From an uncultured cyanobacterium (GTDB lineage: Bacteria; Cyanobacteriota; Cyanobacteriia; Phormidesmidales; Phormidesmidaceae), in assembly GCA_963793265.1 (NCBI GenBank), contig CAWBZI010000002.1, forward strand, positions 608,001 to 672,000: 64,000 nt of DNA, given 5' to 3'. The notes under the pieces were generated by a model that saw only the letters and a list, made by a program, of their open reading frames with translations, had not been told where the DNA came from and made no database searches. Made by a program: the position numbers and the translations under genes. Below are positions 1 to 9,856 of the stretch, in pieces (positions within the stretch are counted from its first letter, which is position 1; every line of letters begins with the position of its first letter).

Positions 1-174
1 TTTTTGAGAACCAGTAATGCCAGTAGAGCCGGTGACGGTGGGATCGCTGGTAAATTTATCAGCGACCAGCATATGAGAATCAACGCCCGCGCTACGGAGA
101 GCTTTGTGCAGGCTATAAGCGCCTCGGGCCGCGCCACCGTTGGCATCAGCAGCGCTTAGATGGAGTATTTTCAT
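1..174 (-). CDS. Glycosyltransferase family 4 (WcaC-like), N-terminal part; runs off the window start
   Basis: Not in the ORF track. Manual translation from ATG 174 gives MKILHLSAADANGGAARGAYSLHKALRSAGVDSHMLV, the typical GT4 N-terminal GGA motif; directly downstream of a GT2 gene. Confidence 0.8.
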   Translation of the reverse strand, partial: MKILHLSAADANGGAARGAYSLHKALRSAGVDSHMLVADKFTSDPTVTGSTGITGSQK

Positions 175-183
175 AATGGTGGC

Positions 184-1155
184 TTACGGCTGATTGAGAA
201 CGGTTTGGGCAATGTCAGTCGGGATGTTTTGACGCTGAAAGTAGGCTTGAATGCGCGCTTGCCGAACCTGCCAGGGAATCAGCTCGCTGCCGATGATTTT
301 GATGAGCTTGCGACAGTAGAACAAGAGGTATTTCCACTTCGGAATAGAGGGCTCAGCGCGGTGAATGCTGTTGACCATGTGCTCAACGTTGTGGGGCGAT
401 CGCCTGCTCGAAAGGCTCTTAAGCACTTGCCATTTATCAGCTAGTCGGGCACTTGTAGCCCACTGAATCCACAGTGGCATGTAGCGAATCACATCTGCTG
501 GGCGGTAGTCGGTTGTTGCCCGCAGATGACTCGATAGCTGGGCGGTGTAGCCATTTCGCTTAGCCCGGCAGATGTATTCAAAGTCACCACCGTAGTGCCG
601 AAAGCGCTGAATATCGGGCAGGCCAATGTCGGCTATAATCCGGGTCGGTAAAACTGCAATGTTGCCGTTGAGCGTATCGACGTTGAGAACAGGGCGATCA
701 AATTGTGCAATGTCGTTGATAAGCTGGCTGGCGATAACGCCGCCGAAGACAATCCAATCAGGATGCTTTTGATCGCAGATGACGCCGCCTGTGAGCGTTT
801 TAGCCTCGGGTTCTTTGAGCTGAATAACCTGGCTGATGAAGTCGTCGGCTAGGGTAATGTCGTCGTTTAGCCAAATTATGTAGTCGGTGTGAAGGGTGTC
901 GGCTGCGTAGGTCATGGCTTGTGCGATCGCCCCTGTCCACCACAGCTCACCATCACCTCGCAACAAATGGACATTGGGAAAGCTTGTCTCAATTAGCTCA
1001 GGTGTGCCGTCAGTAGAACCATCATCTACTACGACTATCTGCACGTCTTTGGCATGTAGATTTTGATTTACTATTTGCTCGGTAAGCTGCTGTAAGATTG
1101 CGCTGGTAAAGGCTTTTCGGTTGCGAACTGGGATAGCGATCGCAAAACTAGACAT
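184..1155 (-). CDS. Glycosyltransferase family 2
   Basis: AIAIPVRNRK, VVVDDGSTDGT, WLNDD (DxD) motifs. Confidence 0.9.
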   Translation of the reverse strand: MSSFAIAIPVRNRKAFTSAILQQLTEQIVNQNLHAKDVQIVVVDDGSTDGTPELIETSFPNVHLLRGDGELWWTGAIAQAMTYAADTLHTDYIIWLNDDITLADDFISQVIQLKEPEAKTLTGGVICDQKHPDWIVFGGVIASQLINDIAQFDRPVLNVDTLNGNIAVLPTRIIADIGLPDIQRFRHYGGDFEYICRAKRNGYTAQLSSHLRATTDYRPADVIRYMPLWIQWATSARLADKWQVLKSLSSRRSPHNVEHMVNSIHRAEPSIPKWKYLLFYCRKLIKIIGSELIPWQVRQARIQAYFQRQNIPTDIAQTVLNQP

Positions 1156-1320
1156 AACGCTTTTCAGGTAAAACTCACCTTATTTATGCCCATTTGTCAA
1201 ATCAATAGAGCATCAAAAATTAATACAACTTCTACGGATTTGTGCTTAGCTAATCGCGTAACGAATAGGAACTGACAGGGCTGGAAATCATCAGGCGAAG
1301 GTGTTAAGCTCTATCACTAA

Positions 1321-1368
1321 ATGCTATATGTAGCGTTTTTAGGTTCTGCTTAGCACTACATACGCTAC
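1321..1368. promoter_or_regulatory. Tandem NrdR-box-like operators upstream of nrdJ
   Basis: ATGCTATATGTAGCGT (1321-1336) and GCACTACATACGCTAC (1353-1368) resemble acaCwAtATaTwGtgt, offset 32 bp, just before the RNR start. Confidence 0.7.
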
Positions 1369-1395
1369 AAAAGCGCCCACTCATCTCTTAAAGCC

Positions 1396-3591
1396 ATGGT
1401 TCAAGAACTTGATCGCATTCGTCTGAAAAACAAACAGAAAAGTCCTTTTCCTGAAACTGCGCCTGCGGCCTATCCTGTGTTCTATCGCACCTATAGCCGT
1501 CGGTTTGAAGGCGGGCGGCGTGAGAGTTGGCATGAGGTATGCGATCGCACACTCACCGGATTAGTAGAACTCGGCAAGCTCACTGACGAAGAGCGCGATC
1601 TGGTTTCTAAAATGCAGCGCAACCTCAAAGCGATGCCCTCGGGCCGATGGCTGTGGGTTGGTGGTACAGAGTGGAGCAAAAATCCTAAAAACTTTTCGGG
1701 CGCTTACAACTGCACAAGCACGAACGTTGTGGACTGGCGTGCGTTTGGCCTGATGATGGATTTAGCCATGATGGGCTGTGGTACGGGCGCGGTGCTGGAG
1801 CCAAAGTACATCAGTCAGCTCCCTGCGATTCGTAACAAGATTACGGTCAAGATGCGGGGTGATGTGGGCATGACCATTGCTAGCCAGCGTCGGGAAGAGG
1901 CAGATGTTGAGATAGATACTGAGAATAATCGGGTTGTAATTGTTGCAGGTGACAGCCGTCAGGGCTGGGTGAAGTCTTATCAAACGCTGCTAGAAACTTC
2001 TACGGATGAGCGGTTTGAGGGCGAGGTAGAGATCGTTGTAGACCTGAGTGACGTGCGGCCTGCGGGTGAGCGGCTGAATGGATTTGGCGGGATGGCGAAT
2101 CCGGTAAAGCTGCCTGAGCTATATGAGCGCTGCGCCAAAATTTTGAACAATGCGATTGGGCGAAAGCTGAATTCGATTGAGTGCTGCTTGCTGATTGATG
2201 AGGCTGCGGCCTGTGTGGTGGCCGGAAATATTCGAAGATCCGCTGGCATGAGGCAGTTTGATAGCAATGATGATGTTGCTACGGGCGCAAAGGAAAACTT
2301 GTGGCAGCAGGATGAGGCAGGTAATTGGCGAATTGACCCAACGCGCGATGTGCTGAGAATGGCAAATCATACGCGGGTTTATCATGAAAAGCCTTCAAAA
2401 GACGATGTGCTCAATGCAGTTCGCAAGCAATTTCATTCGGGTGAAGGTGCTATTCAGTGGGCAGGGGAAGCAGAGCGGAGAGCTGGTGGAAAAGGAAGAT
2501 ATGGTCTGAATCCATGCGGTGAGATTATTGGGCAGGATTTTCACTGCAACTTGGCTGAGATTCATCTGAACCAGATTTCACCAAGGGATGAGCAGGAGCA
2601 GGAAGACGCATTTAAGGCTGGCGCGATCGCTGTAGCCGCCCTCCTAAACCACCAATTCCAAGAACCTCGCTACCAGCAGTCCCGAGAGGAAGACCCGATT
2701 GTAGGCGTTTCCTTCACAGGCTTCTTTGACTTTTGCGTCAAGGCATTCGGTGTGGAATGGCTGCAATGGTTTGAAGATGGTCGGCCTGATACGATGCAGG
2801 GCTTGGAGTTTAAGGAAAAGGAAGCGGCTTATTTAAGCCGGTGGAAAAAGGTCGTGCATGAAACCGTTTGGGAGTATTGCGATCGCCACCAAATCCGCCG
2901 ACCCAACCGCTGCACTACCGTCCAACCAGCAGGCACCAAAAGTCTGCTTACGGGAGCATCTTCTGGCTGGCATCCGCCCAAGGCACAGCGATTCATTCGC
3001 CGCATTACCTTCCGCAAAGATGATCCGGTTGCATTAGCCTGTATCGCCTACGGCTACTCGGTGATTCCGTCACAGGCTGATAAGGATGAAAACGGCAACT
3101 TGCTCAACGATCCGTTTGATCCGCGCTGTACTGAGTGGCTCGTTGAGCTGCCGGTAGAGGTGGACTGGGCGAATTTGCCGGGGGCCGATGAGGTGGCGAT
3201 TGAGAAGTTCACGGCGCTGGCGCAGTTTGACTTTTATATGCAGGTGCAGAAGCACTACACCGCGCATAATACGTCTGCGACAGTGGAGCTAAGAGAGCAC
3301 GAGGTTGAGCCTTTGGCTGAGCGGATCTATAGCGCAATTGAGAATGACGAAGGGTATATCTCGGCGGCGCTGCTGGCGCGGTTTGATGATGTGCAGACGT
3401 TTCCGAGACTGCCGTTTGAGCCGATTACAAAAGCTGAGTATGAAAAGATGTTGGCAGGGGTGCGATCACGTCGAACCACTGAGAACTTCCATGCGGCATT
3501 AGAAACGCACGATGCGGGTGAACTGGTAGAAGCAGGCCCGGCAGGCTGTGACTCTGATAAGTGCCTGATGCCTGAGGCTAAGCCTGACTAG
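1396..3591 (+). CDS. nrdJ: Class II (adenosylcobalamin-dependent) ribonucleoside-triphosphate reductase
   Basis: YRTYSR, AGNIRRSA, GLNPCGE (thiyl radical Cys), TTVQPAGTKS, C-terminal GCDSDKC; no intein seen. Confidence 0.95.
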   Translation: MVQELDRIRLKNKQKSPFPETAPAAYPVFYRTYSRRFEGGRRESWHEVCDRTLTGLVELGKLTDEERDLVSKMQRNLKAMPSGRWLWVGGTEWSKNPKNFSGAYNCTSTNVVDWRAFGLMMDLAMMGCGTGAVLEPKYISQLPAIRNKITVKMRGDVGMTIASQRREEADVEIDTENNRVVIVAGDSRQGWVKSYQTLLETSTDERFEGEVEIVVDLSDVRPAGERLNGFGGMANPVKLPELYERCAKILNNAIGRKLNSIECCLLIDEAAACVVAGNIRRSAGMRQFDSNDDVATGAKENLWQQDEAGNWRIDPTRDVLRMANHTRVYHEKPSKDDVLNAVRKQFHSGEGAIQWAGEAERRAGGKGRYGLNPCGEIIGQDFHCNLAEIHLNQISPRDEQEQEDAFKAGAIAVAALLNHQFQEPRYQQSREEDPIVGVSFTGFFDFCVKAFGVEWLQWFEDGRPDTMQGLEFKEKEAAYLSRWKKVVHETVWEYCDRHQIRRPNRCTTVQPAGTKSLLTGASSGWHPPKAQRFIRRITFRKDDPVALACIAYGYSVIPSQADKDENGNLLNDPFDPRCTEWLVELPVEVDWANLPGADEVAIEKFTALAQFDFYMQVQKHYTAHNTSATVELREHEVEPLAERIYSAIENDEGYISAALLARFDDVQTFPRLPFEPITKAEYEKMLAGVRSRRTTENFHAALETHDAGELVEAGPAGCDSDKCLMPEAKPD

Positions 3592-3661
3592 CAAAAGGTC
3601 TGAAGCTGACGGAAAAGCTGACAGATGTTACGGTTCAACAAGCTAAATTGATTCAATAGGC

Positions 3662-3701
3662 AAAAGGGGAATGCTCTACCGGAGGGCGTTCCCTTTTTTT
3701 T
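3662..3701 (+). terminator. Rho-independent terminator after nrdJ
   Basis: AAAAGGGGAATGCTCT-ACCGG-AGGGCGTTCCC followed by a T8 tract. Confidence 0.8.
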
Positions 3702-3872
3702 GCTTTTTCCGGCTCTTTTTTGACATCCTCTTTGGAAGATTTTCAGGAATCAACCTAGTATTTACGGTATCTACTTGCACGATAGAGTGAGATTCCTTGA
3801 TATCAAGAGCGAGTCTTGGAAAGATGGAAAAGTCCTTGGCATTCTGTCCGTTTAGTCCTTAAGAGCAATCCT

Positions 3873-4577
3873 GTGCAATCAGTTTATTGGTTTTGTTTTG
3901 TAATTGGCGGCGTTTTTGTTGCCCTGTCTATCTTTGGCGGTGGCGAACTGCTAGACGCGGACGGTGATTTTGACGCGGACGTAGATGTCGATTTCGACGC
4001 GGACGGTGATCTAGACGCTGATTTTGATGCCGATGTCGATTTGGATGCTGATGCGGATCTAGATACTGGTACAGATGTGCAGATGGACACCGATGTCGAT
4101 TTGCTGCGCGATCGCCGTCGCCGTCGCCGCATACCAGGCTGGCTATCAATGCTGATGAGCTTTAAGTTCTGGACGTTTGGCGGCTGCTTTTTTGGCTTGA
4201 CAGGGTTGGTAATTGGCGCGACTGAGCCAGGTTTGTCTGTGGCGGTTGTGTTTGCGATCGCCTTAGCCATTGGCTTAATCTGCGGTGGTACACTCGTCAG
4301 CGCTCTACGTAGCTTAAAAGGTCGTCAGGTCAGCAGCATGGTACGAAACGAAGATTTTGCTGGGCTGCTTGGCACTGTAGAGCTACCGTTCGATGCGAGT
4401 AGCAAGGGCAAAGTGGTTTTGGAAGTTGGCGGCAGTACGCTCCATTTGGTCGCACAAACCGATGAGGAAAAGGCTTTTGTAGTCGGAGAGCCCGTACTCG
4501 TGGTCGGTCGTACGAATAACCGGCTTTGGGTCGTCTCATCAGAAGGCAGCTTTAATTCAATCAGCGAAGAAGTTTAA
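3873..4577 (+). CDS. NfeD/YqiJ-like membrane protein (flotillin-associated, C-terminal OB fold)
   Basis: Several hydrophobic segments, Asp-x repeat loop, C-terminal GLLGTVELP..KGKVVLEVGG..GEPVLVV; immediately upstream of flotillins; GTG 3873 preferred over ORF-track TTG 3816. Confidence 0.75.
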   Translation: MQSVYWFCFVIGGVFVALSIFGGGELLDADGDFDADVDVDFDADGDLDADFDADVDLDADADLDTGTDVQMDTDVDLLRDRRRRRRIPGWLSMLMSFKFWTFGGCFFGLTGLVIGATEPGLSVAVVFAIALAIGLICGGTLVSALRSLKGRQVSSMVRNEDFAGLLGTVELPFDASSKGKVVLEVGGSTLHLVAQTDEEKAFVVGEPVLVVGRTNNRLWVVSSEGSFNSISEEV

Positions 4578-4634
4578 GCGACTCTCTCTCAATCATTCAC
4601 ATAGATCATTCACCGATAGAAGGATGGATACGTT

Positions 4635-6095
4635 ATGGATCAACCCACTTTTGAAGGTATGTCTGCACCGGAAATGTCGCAACAGGGAGATCAGCAAATG
4701 ATGTCTTTACGAACAGAGCAGATCGTTGACACGTTCAACAGTTTTCAGCCAATACAGGCAACGGCGGCAATTGATGCAGGGGCCGTGGGCGCGATCGCCG
4801 TAGGCTTCGTCGTCCTTGGTTCGGCTTTTGCTCTGATCAAGTCTTCTCTACGAATTTGTCAGCCCAACGAAATTTTAATTGTTTCGGGTCGTAAGTATAA
4901 GCAACAGAACGGGTTAGAAGTCGGCTATCGCGTTATTTTTGGCGGTCGGGCCTTTGTGATTCCGATTATCGAGCAGGTGGAAAAAATGGACATGACCACC
5001 ATGCCGATTCCCGTAGAGGTGACGAACTCTTATGCAAAAGGAGGGACGCCGCTGAATATTCAGGCGATCGCGACCGTGAAAATCTCTAGCCAACGCGGCG
5101 TAGTTGGCAATGCCATTGAGCGATTTTTAGGCCGCAACCGCTCAGAGATTGAGCGCGTCGTTCGCGAAACGCTAGAAGGTAACTTGCGTGGCGTCGTTGC
5201 CAACCTCACGCCAGAGCAGGTTAACGAAGATAGGCTTAATTTCGCTCAGCGAATTGCTGAAGATGTCGCTCGCGATCTCAATAAGCTGGGCCTGCATCTA
5301 GACACGCTTAAAGTGCAAAGCGTTACCGACGATGTAGACTATCTCAGCTCGATTGGTCGCCGCCAGATTGCCAATATCATTCGCGATGCTGAAATTGCTG
5401 AAGCTGAAGCGCTAGGAGAAGCTGACCGCATAGAGTCTGACTGTCAGCGGCGATCGGAGGTGTTTAAGTCTCAAGCACTGACCGTCATTCAAGAGAAGCA
5501 AAACCAGCTTCGTAAAATTAAAGCCGAACTTGACCAGCGCTCTAAGTCTGAAGAAGAGCGGACGGCGGCAGCGGCCAAAGAAGCTAGGGCTAGAGCCGAA
5601 CAGCAGCTTCAAACGGTGAGAGCTAAGCTAGAGCGTTTGCGTTTAGAAGCTGAGCAGGTGCTACCGGCTGAAGCGCGTAAAGAAGCTCAGGCGCTTCAAG
5701 CGAAGGGCGCGGCGGCTGAGGTTGCGGAGAATGCGAAGGCGGCGGCTGAAGTGAACGAAATGCTGGCTCAGGTTTGGGAGAAAACCGGCAGCGATGCGAC
5801 TCAGATCTTTTTGCTACAGCAGATTGACATGGTGCTTAAAGAAGCCGCTTCGATTCCTCACAAGATGAACTTAGAGAACATTAACGTCATTGACAACGGC
5901 GATGGTAAGTCAATTGCGAGCCTCGCAAATGTCTATCCCGAGATTGTTAGACAGTTCTTGGTTCAGGTAGAACAAACGCTTGGAATTGATGTAGCCGGTA
6001 CGCTCAGCCAGCGGAACCTAGCTAGCAACGGTTCATCTAGCAACGGTGCAGAGAATGGCTCACAGACGGCAGTGCCCGTCGCACCTACGGCGTAA
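4635..6095 (+). CDS. Flotillin family (SPFH/band 7) protein
   Basis: N-terminal TM, ICQPNEILIVSG, TLEGNLRGVVANLTPEQVN, AEAEA-rich coiled coil. Confidence 0.92.
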   Translation: MDQPTFEGMSAPEMSQQGDQQMMSLRTEQIVDTFNSFQPIQATAAIDAGAVGAIAVGFVVLGSAFALIKSSLRICQPNEILIVSGRKYKQQNGLEVGYRVIFGGRAFVIPIIEQVEKMDMTTMPIPVEVTNSYAKGGTPLNIQAIATVKISSQRGVVGNAIERFLGRNRSEIERVVRETLEGNLRGVVANLTPEQVNEDRLNFAQRIAEDVARDLNKLGLHLDTLKVQSVTDDVDYLSSIGRRQIANIIRDAEIAEAEALGEADRIESDCQRRSEVFKSQALTVIQEKQNQLRKIKAELDQRSKSEEERTAAAAKEARARAEQQLQTVRAKLERLRLEAEQVLPAEARKEAQALQAKGAAAEVAENAKAAAEVNEMLAQVWEKTGSDATQIFLLQQIDMVLKEAASIPHKMNLENINVIDNGDGKSIASLANVYPEIVRQFLVQVEQTLGIDVAGTLSQRNLASNGSSSNGAENGSQTAVPVAPTA

Positions 6096-6151
6096 AGCAC
6101 TATTCGATTGCAGATTCTTTTTAGAAAACACTCACCAGGAGAGTTACAACC

Positions 6152-7444
6152 ATGGGTTTTATTCTTGCCATTTTAGCCACCGCTGCGGGCTCTGGCTATT
6201 TCATCGTCAAGAACCTTTACTACGTCTGTCAGCCCAACGAGATTTTGATATTTGCGGGCACTAAGCAGAAGTCAGGCGATCGCAATCTCGGCTACCGACT
6301 CATCAAAGGCGGCAACAGCATTCGCACACCCCTGCTTGAAAAAGTGATGCGAATGAACCTGAGCAACATGATCATTGAGCTAAAAGTTTCTAACTCCTAC
6401 TCCAAAGGCGGCATTCCGCTACAGGTAGAAGGCGTTGCTAACATTAAAATTGCGGGCGAAGAGCCAACGATTCATAACGCGATTGAGAGACTGTTAGGCA
6501 AGCCTCGCAAAGAGATTGAGAAAATTGCGAAAGAGACTTTGGAAGGGAACTTGCGTGGTGTACTTGCCAGCCTAACGCCCGAGCAGGTGAATCAAGACAA
6601 AATCGCTTTTGCTAAAAGTCTGCTAGAAGAAGCGGAAGAAGACCTTGAAAAGCTTGGTTTGGTGCTAGACACGCTACAGATTCAGAATATCTCTGACGAC
6701 GTGCGATATCTTGATTCTTTAGGCCGCAAGCAGCAGGCTGACTTGCAGCGCGATGCTCGAATTGCTGAGGCCGAAGCCCGTGCTGAATCTGAAGTACAAG
6801 CGGCTGAAAACAAGAAAATTACGGCTGTTCGCCGGTTAGAGCGCGATATTGGCGTTGCCCAAGCGGCGGCTGAGCAGCGAACTCAAGATGCACTCACAGG
6901 GCGAGCGGCGGTTGTGGCAGAGGCGGAGGCGGAGATTGCCGCTGAGCTGGCGCGGATTCAGGCGGATGTGCCTGTGCAGGAGGAGCGGATTAAGCAGGTT
7001 GTGCAGCAGCTAAAGGCGGACGTGATTGCTCCGGCTGAAGCGGACTGTAAGCGTGCGATCGCCCAGGCCCAAGGTAATGCCTCGGTCATCCTTGAAGAAG
7101 GTAAAGCTCAAGCCGAAGGTACGCTCAGACTTGCTGAGTCTTGGGTAGCCGCAGGCGACAGCGCTCGCGATATCTTCTTACTGCAAAAGCTAGAGGGACT
7201 GCTAAAGACGCTGACTTCGACAGTGCCGCCAATTTCCGTGCAAAACGTGACGGTGATCGATACAAAGTCAGGCAACTTGGCGACTCAGGCGGCGGCTTTC
7301 ATGACGCAGCTTAAGCAGACCGCTGGTGTGGATGTTGCTGGTGCTATCAACGGCTTTGGGCGAGGCGATCAATCTGTCAGTGATGCAGATATCGCCAGGC
7401 TGAAGCAGCTTGTGCAAATCGATTCGCAATCTACCGACGCTTGA
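6152..7444 (+). CDS. Flotillin family (SPFH/band 7) protein, paralogue 2
   Basis: VCQPNEILIFAG, TLEGNLRGVLASLTPEQVN, RDARIAEAEARAE. Confidence 0.92.
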   Translation: MGFILAILATAAGSGYFIVKNLYYVCQPNEILIFAGTKQKSGDRNLGYRLIKGGNSIRTPLLEKVMRMNLSNMIIELKVSNSYSKGGIPLQVEGVANIKIAGEEPTIHNAIERLLGKPRKEIEKIAKETLEGNLRGVLASLTPEQVNQDKIAFAKSLLEEAEEDLEKLGLVLDTLQIQNISDDVRYLDSLGRKQQADLQRDARIAEAEARAESEVQAAENKKITAVRRLERDIGVAQAAAEQRTQDALTGRAAVVAEAEAEIAAELARIQADVPVQEERIKQVVQQLKADVIAPAEADCKRAIAQAQGNASVILEEGKAQAEGTLRLAESWVAAGDSARDIFLLQKLEGLLKTLTSTVPPISVQNVTVIDTKSGNLATQAAAFMTQLKQTAGVDVAGAINGFGRGDQSVSDADIARLKQLVQIDSQSTDA

Positions 7445-7548
7445 ACTTAGGGAGGGGACGTAATCTAGAGGCTCACTATATAATTGAGCCTGCGCTAGCT
7501 TAATTGCTGGCGTACATTCGTTAAAGTTGTGCCCTTCAAACAATATCC

Positions 7549-8367
7549 ATGAGACTTTCCCCCGCTGGCCAGCGCTTTTACCAAGAGGTTCAAAAAGCGG
7601 AGGGGCGAATTAATCTAGCAGCCGCAGCGCTCTACATTGCGCAAGAAGACTACTGGGATATGGCTCCTGGAGAGTACCTTGAGAAGCTAGATACGATGGC
7701 AAGAGAAGTGCGATCGCGCCTTCCTCCCGGTCGCTATCCGCTCAAAATTATTCAGGTCATTAACGACTATTTGTTTGGCGAACTCAAGTTTTCGGGCAAC
7801 GCTCAAGACTATTACAATCCTGACAATAGCTGCCTTAACTGCGTAATCGACCGGCGGTTAGGCATTCCAATCACGCTTTCGCTGGTTTATTTAGAAATTG
7901 CCCGGCGCATTCAGTTCCCGATGGTGGGGGTGGGAATGCCTGGGCATTTTTTGGTGCGTCCGATAGTCGATGACATGGAAGTATTTGTTGATCCGTTTAA
8001 TCAGGGCGAGGTGATGTTTTTGGCAGACTGCCAGGGACGCTTTCGACAGCAGTACGGGCCAGATATTGAGTGGAAAAATGAGTTTGTCAGCGGGGTGACG
8101 CCGAAAGTTTTTTTGATGCGGATGCTGCTGAACTTGAAAATGGTCTATCTGAATTTGGAATCGTTTGAAAAGGCCGTGGCGACTTTGGATAAGCTGCTGA
8201 TTTTGATGCCACAGCAGCCGCAGCACGTGCGCGATCGCGGTCTTTTACACTACGAATTGCAGAACTACGAGCTTGCTCAGCAAGACTTGAAGGGATATTT
8301 GCGATCGCACCCCCGCGCGCCCGACAGCCAAAAAATCCAAATCATCCTAAACAAAATTGGCCTGTAG
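7549..8367 (+). CDS. SirB1-family protein (transglutaminase-like domain plus TPR)
   Basis: FSGNAQDYYNPDNSCLN..GIPITLS..GVGMPGHFLV, C-terminal RDRGLLHY TPR. Confidence 0.88.
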   Translation: MRLSPAGQRFYQEVQKAEGRINLAAAALYIAQEDYWDMAPGEYLEKLDTMAREVRSRLPPGRYPLKIIQVINDYLFGELKFSGNAQDYYNPDNSCLNCVIDRRLGIPITLSLVYLEIARRIQFPMVGVGMPGHFLVRPIVDDMEVFVDPFNQGEVMFLADCQGRFRQQYGPDIEWKNEFVSGVTPKVFLMRMLLNLKMVYLNLESFEKAVATLDKLLILMPQQPQHVRDRGLLHYELQNYELAQQDLKGYLRSHPRAPDSQKIQIILNKIGL

Positions 8368-8464
8368 CAAAACTGGGTCACAAGACCGACACGCAGCAGC
8401 GCAGGTCTTTTTTGGTGATTCTTTTTGTTGATACAATCTAAACCTTATTTGAAAGGCGAAGTGA

Positions 8465-9241
8465 ATGGATGTCATCCCGGCTATTGACCTGCTTGAAGGG
8501 CGCTGTGTAAGGCTGTTTCAGGGCGATTACGCGCAGTCTCAGGTGTTTAACGAAAATCCGGTGGAAGTGGCCCGGCAGTGGGAGGCCGAAGGGGCAACGC
8601 GGCTGCATTTAGTAGATTTGGATGGCGCAAAGGCGGGGAAGCCGGAAAACTGGCAGGCGATTGAGGCGATCGCTCGCGCGGTGAATTTGCCTATTCAGGT
8701 GGGTGGGGGCTTGCGGGATAGCGATCGCGTCAGCGCCCTATTCGAGCTAGGCGTACAGTACGCAATTTTAGGCACCGTCGCCGTTGAAAGTCCAGATCTC
8801 GTCGGGCAACTGTGCGAGAGATTTCCCGGCCAGATTATTGTCGGAATTGACGCCCGTGAAGGCAAAGTAGCCACTCGTGGATGGCTAGAGACTTCTGAAG
8901 TAATGGCCGTTGAACTTGCGCAGCGGATGGGTGAAATGGGCGCAGCAGAAATTGTTTACACCGATATCAAGCGCGACGGCACGATGAAAGGCCCCAATAT
9001 GGAAGCGCTCAGGGAACTAGCTAATGCAATCGACACGCCCGTCATCGCCTCGGGTGGCGTTAGCTCGGTGTCTGATTTGATGAAACTGCTGAGCCTTGTG
9101 CCCTCTGGTGTGTCCGGTGCGATTGTCGGGAAAGCGCTCTATACCGGGGATGTATCGCTCAAAGAGGCGATTCGGGCTGTAGGGCCTGGGCGCTGGCAAG
9201 ATGTGCCACCTGCGGGCGGTGGGGGAAGTGTCATCGCGTAG
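8465..9241 (+). CDS. hisA: ProFAR isomerase
   Basis: [42 protein letters not shown]. Confidence 0.96.
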   Translation: MDVIPAIDLLEGRCVRLFQGDYAQSQVFNENPVEVARQWEAEGATRLHLVDLDGAKAGKPENWQAIEAIARAVNLPIQVGGGLRDSDRVSALFELGVQYAILGTVAVESPDLVGQLCERFPGQIIVGIDAREGKVATRGWLETSEVMAVELAQRMGEMGAAEIVYTDIKRDGTMKGPNMEALRELANAIDTPVIASGGVSSVSDLMKLLSLVPSGVSGAIVGKALYTGDVSLKEAIRAVGPGRWQDVPPAGGGGSVIA

Positions 9242-9337
9242 ATTTTGAAGGAAGTCGCCCTAGTATCCGTGCTGGGGCTATAGCAAGATAAGATAGCAAG
9301 GTTAAAACACGGGGCTAGAGGCCCTAATTTTTTTGCG

Positions 9338-9856
9338 ATGAAGCATACGCTTTCTGTATTGGTTGAAGATGAAGCGGGCGTTTTGACCCGAATTGCCGGG
9401 CTCTTTGCTCGGCGCGGCTTTAATATTGAAAGCCTAGCGGTAGGGCCAGCCGAGCAGCCTGGCATCTCGCGGATCACGATGGTTGTGCCCGGCGATGATT
9501 TGGTGATTGAGCAGCTTACTAAGCAGCTATACAAGCTGATTAACGTGCTCAAAGTGGATGACATCACCGAAACGCCTAGCGTTGAGCGCGAGCTGATGCT
9601 GCTAAAGGTAAGTGCAAACGGCCAAAATCGATCGGAAGTCGTAGGGCTCGCTCAAATTTTTAGGGCGCGTGTGGTCGATGTCTCTGAAGAGTCGCTGACG
9701 CTTGAAGTGGTAGGCGACCCTGGCAAAATGGTGGCGATTGAGCAGGTGCTTGACCGATTTGGCATTACTGAGATTGCTCGTACAGGTAAGATTGCGCTCA
9801 CGCGTGAGTCGGGCGTGAATACAGAGTATTTGAAATCTTTGGAGAGCCGGGTTTAG
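9338..9856 (+). CDS. ilvN: Acetolactate synthase small (regulatory) subunit
   Basis: [36 protein letters not shown] domain. Confidence 0.96.
   Translation: MKHTLSVLVEDEAGVLTRIAGLFARRGFNIESLAVGPAEQPGISRITMVVPGDDLVIEQLTKQLYKLINVLKVDDITETPSVERELMLLKVSANGQNRSEVVGLAQIFRARVVDVSEESLTLEVVGDPGKMVAIEQVLDRFGITEIARTGKIALTRESGVNTEYLKSLESRV

Noticed and set aside
1396..3591. Intein in nrdJ, or in the cobN insert
   Set aside because: No Cys/Ser..His-Asn splice junctions or homing endonuclease motifs; nrdJ is compact
3884..4270. Ser/Arg-rich antisense ORFs over the Asp-x repeat, and other short overlapping ORFs in the track
   Set aside because: Shadows of real genes on the opposite strand or frame; no independent motifs
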